Source: Candidatus Thorarchaeota archaeon
GTDB lineage: Archaea; Asgardarchaeota; Thorarchaeia; Thorarchaeales; Thorarchaeaceae
Direction of reading: 5' to 3'
Assembly: GCA_038893995.1 (NCBI GenBank)
Contig: JAWAQK010000057.1
Coordinates: 1-14,385 of the forward strand
DNA length: 14,385 nt
Shown piece after piece: positions 7,285 through 14,385 of the stretch. The first letter of the stretch is position 1. Each line of letters opens with the position of its first letter. A model generated the notes under the pieces. That model did no database searches, was not told where the DNA came from, and saw only the letters and a list, made by a program, of their open reading frames with translations. The position numbers and the translations under genes are program-made.

Positions 7285-8058
7285 GTGTCATGTACTCCAC
7301 TGCTTGAAACAAGGGGTCTTCGAGTAGAGGTCAACGGTATACCAGTCCTACGAGGGATAGATGTTGAGTTCTGCGCGGGTAAGGTATACGCGATACTTGG
7401 GCCTAACGCTTCAGGAAAGTCCACCCTGGCAAAGACAATCATGGGACTTCCTGAGTACGAAGTGAAAGGAGGAGACATACTATTCGACGGTGCTTCAATT
7501 CTCTCGAAGAGTATCACCGAGAGAGCGCGAATGGGCATTGCACTAGCATTTCAGACTCCACCGACCATACCCGGTGTGAAGCTGGATGAGTTCATCTGCC
7601 GAATATGCCCAGAGTACTCATGTGGGCGGGCACACGATCATAAGTCGGGGCTCTGCGAGATCAGACAAGAGATCTACGAGGACTTTGAGCGATTGGGGAT
7701 CGCGAACCTTGCCCATCGAGACCTCAACGACGGATTCTCTGGAGGAGAAGCGAAACGGAGTGAGCTCTTTCAGGTCCTCTCGATGCGTCCCAGGATAGTC
7801 TTTCTGGACGAGCCCGATAGTGGACTTGACTATGACTCGCTGAAGGTCGTAGGACGGGAACTCAGGGCGATCAAGGACAAGGGTCAGACTACAATGGTCA
7901 TAATAAGTCATCACAGGTATATCTTGGAGTTTCTTGAAGTAGACAGAGTGTACATACTTCAGGCGGGCAAGCTTGCATATCAGGGTACCGTAGACGTCAT
8001 CCCGGAACTTGAAGCAAAGGGCTACGATAGGTTTCTAGCTGAAGTAGTGTCTAGCTGA
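7285..8058 (+). CDS. sufC: Fe-S cluster assembly ABC ATPase SufC (minimal-SUF SmsC type)
   Basis: Walker A GPNASGKST, SufC-type AFQTPPTIPGV, signature GFSGGEAKRSE, Walker B/D-loop VFLDEPDSGLD and H-loop ISHH. SD AGGGGTG precedes GTG 7285 (track start 7255). Confidence 0.93.
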   Translation: MSCTPLLETRGLRVEVNGIPVLRGIDVEFCAGKVYAILGPNASGKSTLAKTIMGLPEYEVKGGDILFDGASILSKSITERARMGIALAFQTPPTIPGVKLDEFICRICPEYSCGRAHDHKSGLCEIRQEIYEDFERLGIANLAHRDLNDGFSGGEAKRSELFQVLSMRPRIVFLDEPDSGLDYDSLKVVGRELRAIKDKGQTTMVIISHHRYILEFLEVDRVYILQAGKLAYQGTVDVIPELEAKGYDRFLAEVVSS

Positions 8059-8073
8059 AGGGGGACTATCGAG

Positions 8074-9297
8074 ATGGGCAGTGGTCGTAGACATGATTCC
8101 GAAGCTGAATCTGACGGGGCCCCGACCAGAAACGACGCCGAACTGTCGCAATTCGATTTCGGCGGGTACGAGGAGAATACAATCGAGATGAGGGATCTCT
8201 CCGAGGAGGACAGAAAGACTGCCTCCGCGGTTGGCTACGGACTCGATGCCGACAGCAGCGTGGCCGGCACATACATGCAGATAGACAACGAAGGGTTCCT
8301 CGCAGAGGTACTGGGACAGCCGAGAGGACTTGAGGTTATGACATTGAACGAGGCGGTCTCAAGACACAGTTGGCTGAAGAATTACCTCTGGAATGCAGTC
8401 TCGTCCAGTACGGACAGTTACACACAGGCCAGCAAGCGCGCCAGGTACAATGGTTACTTCATCAGAGCATCTGCCGGAGCAAAGATAGACTTACCCGTGC
8501 AGAGCTGTCTGATGATCAAGAGGGGCGGAATCGCACAGAACGTTCACAATATCGTAATTGCCGAGGAGGGTTCGGAGTTACATGTCATCACTGGATGCAC
8601 AACGCCCGGAGTGAGTGAACCCTCACTGCATATTGGGATTTCTGAGTTCTATGTGAAGAGAAACGCGAAGCTGTCCTTCACGATGATCCATAGATGGAGC
8701 GATCAGGTTGATGTTAGACCTCGGTCGGCCATTGTGGTCGAGGAAAATGGCACTTATGTTTCGAACTACGTCATACTGAGCGCAGCAAAGAGCATCCAGA
8801 CTAGCCCGAGAGTGATTCTTGGCGGGAAACACGCCCATGCTGATCTGTATTCTGTGATATACGGAAGCGGGAGGTCGAGCTATGACATTGGAGGTGCTCT
8901 GGTACTGAGGGGGACTGGCTCTAACGGCAGAATCATCTCGAGAGCGATTGCCACAGAGCATGCGGACATAGTGGCTCGTGGCGAGATTGTTGGTGAAACT
9001 GACGGAGTCAAGGCAAGACTGGAATGCAATGGGCTCATCGTAAGTGACACGGCCAGAATAAGGGCAATCCCAATCCTAGAGGCACTTGCACAGGGTGTTG
9101 AACTTAGCCATGAGGCCACCGTTGGGAGAATAGGAGCAGACCAGTTGAATTATCTGATGTCGAGAGGACTCACAGAGGATGAGGCCACGTCACTTGTGAT
9201 TGGGGGCTTCATCAGGCTCACATCACCGGGCCTTCCCAGGTCGATCCAGCAGTACATCGACGACGCTATCAGGATGACCATCGAGAAGAGTGTCTAG
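8074..9297 (+). CDS. sufB: Fe-S cluster assembly scaffold, SufB/SufD family (minimal-SUF SmsB type)
   Basis: GYFIRA, LPVQSCL, QNVHNIVIAEEGSELHVITGC, LHIGISEFYVK, LECNGL and LSHEATVGRI..QLNYLMSRGL.EDEA. It starts 15 nt after sufC and is the only SufBD gene in the operon. Confidence 0.93.
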   Translation: MGSGRRHDSEAESDGAPTRNDAELSQFDFGGYEENTIEMRDLSEEDRKTASAVGYGLDADSSVAGTYMQIDNEGFLAEVLGQPRGLEVMTLNEAVSRHSWLKNYLWNAVSSSTDSYTQASKRARYNGYFIRASAGAKIDLPVQSCLMIKRGGIAQNVHNIVIAEEGSELHVITGCTTPGVSEPSLHIGISEFYVKRNAKLSFTMIHRWSDQVDVRPRSAIVVEENGTYVSNYVILSAAKSIQTSPRVILGGKHAHADLYSVIYGSGRSSYDIGGALVLRGTGSNGRIISRAIATEHADIVARGEIVGETDGVKARLECNGLIVSDTARIRAIPILEALAQGVELSHEATVGRIGADQLNYLMSRGLTEDEATSLVIGGFIRLTSPGLPRSIQQYIDDAIRMTIEKSV

Positions 9298-9392
9298 TCC
9301 TGATACACTCGACCATCGATCCACACTGCCAACAGGAGACCAACAGAGTCAGTTGCTGACAAGATGATCATCGAGGGTCTGACAAGACGGGG

Positions 9393-10691
9393 TCAAGCTG
9401 ACTCTGGAGGAACGATCTCTCTCAGTTCATTGGGCAGATACTTCCTCAAGATTACTGGAATTGGAATGCTGCCATCTTCACGTTGCAGGTTCTCCATCAG
9501 AGCAACCAGTGCACGGGGATTGGCGACCATTGTGCTGTTCAGAGTATGCACGTAGCTCTTCTCGGTGCCACCCTTCGTAAGACGGTACTTGATGCCCAGT
9601 CTTGTTGCTTGGTATGCGGTACAGTTGCTGCATGATGCAGCTTCTCTGTAAGTCTTCTGAACCGGCATCCAGGTCTCTAGATCATACTTCTTGGCGGCAA
9701 CAGTTCCAATGTCACCGGTGCAGACATTGACAATGCGATAGGGTATCTTCAGAGCCTTGAAGAATGACTCAACATTAGAGAGAAGCTCCTCGTGAATTGT
9801 CCAAGACTCATCTGGACGACAGAATACGAACTGCTCGACCTTGTTGAACTGATGCACCCGAAAGATTCCCTTTGTGTCCTTTCCGTGCGAACCAGCCTCC
9901 TTTCTGAAGCACGTACTTATACCCGCCAGCCTGATTGGAAGCTGCGTCGGTTCGAAGATCTCTCCCATGTACATTGCGGCCATTGGATGCTCTGATGTTG
10001 CAATCAGATATAGGTCCTCATCCTCTATCTTATACATCACGTCCCTGAAATCAGCCAGATCAGTCACTCCCTCATAGGGCTCTCGACGCATCATAAAAGG
10101 AGGGTATATTGGATGGAATCCCTTCTTTGTCAGCATCTCCAGGGCCAGCATTTGCATTGCCAAGTCCAGCAGCACGAGCTGATTCTTCAGATAATAGAAG
10201 CGTGCACCGGACACCTTTGCAGCTCTCGAGATGTCTGCCAGATCCAGGAGCTCAAGCAGGTCCACATGGCTTTTCGGCTCAAAATCATGTTCAGGTCGGC
10301 CCCCCCACTCCCTCACTACCACGTTGTCGCTCTCGTCACGACCATACGGAACGCTCTCATGAAGCAGATTTGGGATATTCATCTGAAGCACGCGCAGCTC
10401 GTGTTCCAGATGCTCAGCTGTCGCCTCTGCCTCTGAGATTGAAGCGTTGGTGCGATTGGCCTGTTCAACTAGAACAAGAGTATCTTGGCCAGCAGTTTTG
10501 AGTCGACCTATCTCTCTTGAGAGCCTATTGCGTTCAGCCCTGAGATCCTGCACTACCTTCTTGAGCCGTCTTAGCTCGTTATCGACTTCGAGAAGACGTT
10601 GGAACTGGTCAATCTTCTCGGCATTTCCCCTCTTTCTGAGGTTTTCACGAACAATCTCCGCATTCTCTCTGATGAACTTCAGGTCGAGCGA
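9393..10691 (-). CDS. serS: Serine--tRNA ligase (standard type, class II aaRS); start codon anomalous (see findings)
   Basis: N-terminal LDLKFIREN plus coiled-coil arm, IPN..HESVP.G..E.DN, LIATSEHP, motif 2 FRKEAGSHGKDTKGIFRVHQFNKVEQF, SCSNCT and HTLNST. Homologous sequence begins at about 10691. Confidence 0.97.
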   Translation of the reverse strand, partial: SLDLKFIRENAEIVRENLRKRGNAEKIDQFQRLLEVDNELRRLKKVVQDLRAERNRLSREIGRLKTAGQDTLVLVEQANRTNASISEAEATAEHLEHELRVLQMNIPNLLHESVPYGRDESDNVVVREWGGRPEHDFEPKSHVDLLELLDLADISRAAKVSGARFYYLKNQLVLLDLAMQMLALEMLTKKGFHPIYPPFMMRREPYEGVTDLADFRDVMYKIEDEDLYLIATSEHPMAAMYMGEIFEPTQLPIRLAGISTCFRKEAGSHGKDTKGIFRVHQFNKVEQFVFCRPDESWTIHEELLSNVESFFKALKIPYRIVNVCTGDIGTVAAKKYDLETWMPVQKTYREAASCSNCTAYQATRLGIKYRLTKGGTEKSYVHTLNSTMVANPRALVALMENLQREDGSIPIPVILRKYLPNELREIVPPESA

Positions 10692-10699
10692 AGTGGGTG

Positions 10700-10706
10700 A
10701 CCTCCT
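10700..10706 (-). promoter_or_regulatory. Shine-Dalgarno sequence of serS
   Basis: AGGAGGT, 8 nt upstream of the codon (TCG) that precedes LDLKF. Confidence 0.75.
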
Positions 10707-10795
10707 GTGTGAGGACTCTGGAGTGGTGAGGACCACTGGCCTTTTCAATCTCTTGGTCGTGAGCGCCCAAATGCCTGCCTTCGTCGTATGGAGAA

Positions 10796-12133
10796 TCAGA
10801 GCTTGTCCTTCAGCAGGCCGAATCCCCAGATTATCAGCAGGATGATCAGATTGAGTGCCAGTACCAAGACAAAGAGGTAGACCTGAGGTCGAAATGTGTA
10901 GATCATTCCACCGATGAACGGTCCAATAGATGAACAGACGTACACGAGGAACCAAAACACGGCGAGTATCTTTGAGGTATCCCTACGCGGCAGACTCTTC
11001 TGGACCATTGTGAGTATCACCAACCACCAGAGAGAGTCATTGACCTGTTTGAGAACAATGCCCAGGAATGGTAGTGCAAATATCGCTCCTAGCCCCGGCA
11101 AGAGGATGTCGGCCTGGGACACAACGGACATTGGCATCCAGTGACTGACCACAGACGACAGCATCAACAGTAAGACAGACACGGGCATCATCGAGTAGAT
11201 GGCTAAGCCCACACGCCTCGTGCTGTACTTATCGGATGCCCTGCCCGTCTTGAGCAGTAGGGGCACCGAGATCACTACAGGTGTCATGACAGTCAACATA
11301 ATACCGGACATGTTCACATAGTTGCTGGAGTAGATGAGCGCGCCGAAATGAAACAGAGAATCACTGATTGCATCCAGTACAACAACAACTAGCACGCCAG
11401 GCATGGTGACTGCAAGAACACGAACTGCACGAGCATTGGCAGAGAGGAAGTACCTCAGGCTCGTTGAACGTTCGACATCATCGATCGTACTTGATGAGAG
11501 AAAGCGGGCTCTGATGAATGCGCAGACCAACATGGCGACACCGCCCAGAACGATTGTGGCCCGATAGCTTGGGGGGAATGGGTTACTCTGCACCAGAGAC
11601 CATATCATTACCAGAGGAACGATTGCGAATACCTTGCCAGCCTGGAATAGGGAGAGGCCAAGACCACTGTGAGCACGCGGGATATTGTCCAGAATATATG
11701 CTGAGGAACCCCCTTTCGCAAGATCAACAATTGAATAGATCATGAGTGCGATTATGATGAATGTCACTTCGGTAAAGAGACCCATTATCATGTAGTATGC
11801 GCCAACCATACCGAATGATATCACAGCCAGCCGTTTCCGATCAGTCACGTCTCCCAGGTAGCCTCCCAGCAATCGAGTTCCTGCAGCCATGAATGCCACC
11901 ATTGAGAACACGGACCCGATCAGTAGAGGCTCCCAGTTCATCTGGTAGAGGTAGAGTGAGATGAGTGAGTCTGTCACAGAGAAGGCACTGAAGACCCAGG
12001 ATGTGACAAGATACACGCGATAGTTGCTCCACGACAACAATGACCTCAGGGACTGCCTCAGAGTCGGCGGTCCGAGTGTACCATTGTTTGATCGTTCATC
12101 AACGGTGTCTTTGCGACCATCTTCAACCAACAT
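10796..12133 (-). CDS. Major facilitator superfamily transporter
   Basis: About 12 hydrophobic segments. MFS motif A GGYLGDVTDRKR has a second-half copy GRASDKYSTRR, and IGPFIGG is present. AGAGGG RBS before ATG 12133. Confidence 0.92.
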   Translation of the reverse strand: MLVEDGRKDTVDERSNNGTLGPPTLRQSLRSLLSWSNYRVYLVTSWVFSAFSVTDSLISLYLYQMNWEPLLIGSVFSMVAFMAAGTRLLGGYLGDVTDRKRLAVISFGMVGAYYMIMGLFTEVTFIIIALMIYSIVDLAKGGSSAYILDNIPRAHSGLGLSLFQAGKVFAIVPLVMIWSLVQSNPFPPSYRATIVLGGVAMLVCAFIRARFLSSSTIDDVERSTSLRYFLSANARAVRVLAVTMPGVLVVVVLDAISDSLFHFGALIYSSNYVNMSGIMLTVMTPVVISVPLLLKTGRASDKYSTRRVGLAIYSMMPVSVLLLMLSSVVSHWMPMSVVSQADILLPGLGAIFALPFLGIVLKQVNDSLWWLVILTMVQKSLPRRDTSKILAVFWFLVYVCSSIGPFIGGMIYTFRPQVYLFVLVLALNLIILLIIWGFGLLKDKL

Positions 12134-12426
12134 GATTTTTCCCTCTACTCAGTTCGGCCTGAACCGATAGTCAGTACTGCAATGGCAGTCGGCTCTGATG
12201 AATGGTCCCGCACAACATGATATACTCCCACCTCAAGTTCTACTGGCTACGCGATGTGCCCGTGAAAGACACCACTATCTGGAATGTATCATAGGTAGAG
12301 ATCGGTTCACGCCAGTGAGTTCCACTAGGTCAAACCGCATTTCATGCATCAAGGACCTGCAGCACGAAACATTGAGGAGAGATGAGGAACATCGACTGTT
12401 CCTCATCATCCCCTTTGATCCACCTC

Positions 12427-12684
12427 TCATGCCTCAAACACGAGGACCTTCACGGTCCCGTCACGGGTCGGTATCGCAACCAGACGATGAGTCCAGATGT
12501 CTGCTGTCACCAGGACGCACTCGGGAGCGCACTTCGAGGCAATGAGATTCTTCACTGCAAGTTCCAGGTTGAGAGCTGTAAGCCGAACTACTTCGGGATC
12601 CATCACTGGATCTACCTCGCGTCCTTCGACATGTGATACACCGACCAAGTCCATGCTTAGTTCATCCAATTGTTGTTCCTCCAA
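12427..12684 (-). CDS. Small hypothetical protein (85 aa from TTG 12684; up to 104 aa from GTG 12741)
   Basis: Protein-like composition (acidic N-terminus, helix, then beta strands). GTGAGG lies upstream of the in-frame TTG 12684. No family recognised. Confidence 0.6.
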   Translation of the reverse strand: MEEQQLDELSMDLVGVSHVEGREVDPVMDPEVVRLTALNLELAVKNLIASKCAPECVLVTADIWTHRLVAIPTRDGTVKVLVFEA

Positions 12685-13174
12685 TGACTTCGCCTCACTT
12701 GTGGTGTCGTGAATTACCTTAGAATGGGAGTGGGTCTTCACCTGGTACCGGTACCATTCCGTTCATTCCCTCCTTCCATGCTCTTTGAACGCCCCCCAAC
12801 TCGTACGTGAGGAGAGATCTACGGTATCACGGGCTCTGTTGACAACCCGCGAACCGCATTTTGCGACATCCCTGCACACGTGGCTCACTATTGAGTCACA
12901 GGACGAGGGACTCAGGAGTACGATGATTCCAATGTCGAGCTGGGCAGCATGACCTAGTTGGTTCGGATCAGACATGGTAGAAACATCTCTACGCATGTTG
13001 ACGGCCCATGGATGATCCATGAAGGCGCTGTATGTAACTACGCTCAGGACTGTATAATAAACAAGACAGAACTTGCTGAAGTCCGTACAGGGCCTGTGCA
13101 GGTCATTACTAAGCGATACATGTTCAGGTGCACTCAGCCCCGTGAGTGACGTGAAGGAAAGCGATAGTTCAGGG

Positions 13175-13191
13175 AGAGAAAACTCTTAACT
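13175..13191 (+). promoter_or_regulatory. Possible BRE/TATA for a near-leaderless regulator transcript
   Basis: Purine-rich AGAGAAAA followed by CTCTTAACT, about 30 nt before ATG 13219, with no SD in between. Confidence 0.4.
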
Positions 13192-13218
13192 TTCGGTCGA
13201 CTGTGTGTAAAATGATGT

Positions 13219-14289
13219 ATGAGGGTACTACGGAGATCAGAACTTCGATTGCTCAGCCAGCTAGCACTTCAACCCCATCAGTCTCAAGAAGAACTCGCAC
13301 GGAGGCTGGGTGTTACCCCCGCCGCAGTGAGTCAAGTGTGGCGGCACCTCGAGTTGGAGAAGGGTCTACGCGTGAGGGCTGTAGCAAACTACGGTCGACT
13401 GGGACTTGTTCTACTGTTTGGCTGGGCAGCAAGTTACGATCGAGACGACGACCTCGCAGAGTTTCGCAGTTGGGTGGAATCAACTCCATTCGCATCATGC
13501 GTATTCTCGTCAATCATGACATCGAGTCTTGACGAGAAACTGTACTTCGAGGCACTGGTCCCAATCTATGCTACTCAGTTCTGGTCCAAACTAGACAAGT
13601 TCGCCGGTTCACAGGACGGACTGAGTATCGAATATGACATTGCAAAGACGCTGCATTGGTCTCTGAACATGGGAATATGCAACGGTCATTCATGGGAGAT
13701 TCCTGATGTCTTCACTCTGTTGGCCTCGATCGAAACTGTGAGTAGCTATGTCGAGGTCTTACCAGGGCCCAATCCCATGGACTTGAGTAGGATAGGACAC
13801 GCATCACCAGAACAACTGCTACTCGGACTCTGCATCGAGAGGACGTACAGAATGACAGCCACCGAGGCCCAGCGAGTGTTCGAAGAGTTCGAGGTCAGAC
13901 CTCCTTCTCTACGTACCCTCAGAAGACGCCTCTCGGCCTTCAGAGCGACCGCTTCGTTGCCGTATGTGGAGATAGATAATATCGGTCTCACTCAGAGAGT
14001 GATAATATTAGTTGCCGAACAACCGAACAGGAAGAGGGCATCACTAGTTCTTCATGCGGAATCGGGGCATTTTCCAAGTACCCTTACAATATCGGGCGAT
14101 CGACTCACAGCGCTCGAACTGGGGTTACCAGAGAACTTCAGACTCTCAGCTCTCAATACTCTAATGGCAGAAACCATTGGGAACTCGGCGGATGTGTCCG
14201 TGCTAGCCATCCCGGACGGAGTTAAGAGAAAGGGATTAGAGCAGGTAGTGCCCTATCTGCTAAGGAGCCCAGGCGCCCCGATGCGTTGA
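13219..14289 (+). CDS. Winged-HTH transcriptional regulator with a tandem Lrp/AsnC-like organisation
   Basis: N-terminal HTH SQEELARRLGVTPAAVSQVWRHLE is followed by an Lrp-like linker NYGRLGL. A second degenerate HTH and linker follow (SLRTLRRRLSAF...IDNIGL). Confidence 0.8.
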   Translation: MRVLRRSELRLLSQLALQPHQSQEELARRLGVTPAAVSQVWRHLELEKGLRVRAVANYGRLGLVLLFGWAASYDRDDDLAEFRSWVESTPFASCVFSSIMTSSLDEKLYFEALVPIYATQFWSKLDKFAGSQDGLSIEYDIAKTLHWSLNMGICNGHSWEIPDVFTLLASIETVSSYVEVLPGPNPMDLSRIGHASPEQLLLGLCIERTYRMTATEAQRVFEEFEVRPPSLRTLRRRLSAFRATASLPYVEIDNIGLTQRVIILVAEQPNRKRASLVLHAESGHFPSTLTISGDRLTALELGLPENFRLSALNTLMAETIGNSADVSVLAIPDGVKRKGLEQVVPYLLRSPGAPMR

Positions 14290-14323
14290 GACTACTGATG
14301 GCAGTCCTCAGGGAGTAGGATTC

Positions 14324-14385
14324 ATGGAGGATACAGCGTACTCGATACCACGGATAGAAACTCCGTACGATGATCTGATGCCAGT
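14324..14385 (+). CDS. Possible 5' end of the next gene (MEDTAYSIPRIETPYDDLMP..., runs off the window)
   Basis: ATG 14324 is preceded by GGGAGTAGG, and the frame stays open to the window end. Too short to verify. Confidence 0.3.
   Translation, partial: MEDTAYSIPRIETPYDDLMP

Noticed and set aside
10692-10955. 88-aa N-terminal extension of SerRS in the ORF track
   Set aside because: It overlaps the MFS 3' end by 160 nt on the same strand, is not SerRS-like, and a strong SD lies at 10700-10706.
12134-12430. ORF 12198..12545 (+) and a 51-aa minus-strand ORF overlapping the stop at 12427
   Set aside because: No recognisable motifs, atypical composition and no clear RBS, so they cannot be supported.
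12763-13149. ORFs 12763..13020 (-) and 12958..13149 (+)
   Set aside because: They are short, overlap each other and lack an RBS or family features. Treated as non-coding pending a homology search.
1-14385. CRISPR arrays, tRNA/rRNA, IS/transposase/integrase genes and the many antisense shadow ORFs
   Set aside because: No regularly spaced repeats, cloverleaf/T-loop signatures or recombinase motifs were seen by eye. The remaining ORF-track entries lie within or antisense to well-supported genes.

Overview
About 14.4 kb of archaeal-style chromosome, roughly 50-55% GC by eye. It has TATA-like boxes about 30-45 nt before starts, GGAGGT/GGTGA-type RBSs, an archaeal-type SerRS and a minimal SufCB pair. 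The gene set suggests an anaerobic Asgard (Thorarchaeota-like) organism, which is an inference. In order, the window holds: a bacterial-type single-chain transketolase cut off at about 350 aa by a high-GC foreign-looking stretch at the window start; a secreted membrane-anchored protein; two small membrane proteins; a 1Fe superoxide reductase; an ECF S-component; a 426-aa hypothetical enzyme-like protein; a rubrerythrin/ferritin-like diiron protein divergent from a minimal SUF (SmsCB-like sufC-sufB) operon; serS; an MFS transporter; a small hypothetical protein; and a tandem Lrp/AsnC-like wHTH regulator. The main oddities are: (1) SufC/SmsC lacks the usual C-terminal Cys motif but carries an internal CxxC-x4-C-x10-C/HxH insert; (2) serS has TCG exactly where its start codon should be, behind a perfect SD; (3) there are structured intergenic regions after sor and before the regulator; (4) tkt is truncated, possibly by a chimeric join. 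No CRISPR array, tRNA, rRNA or transposase was recognised.
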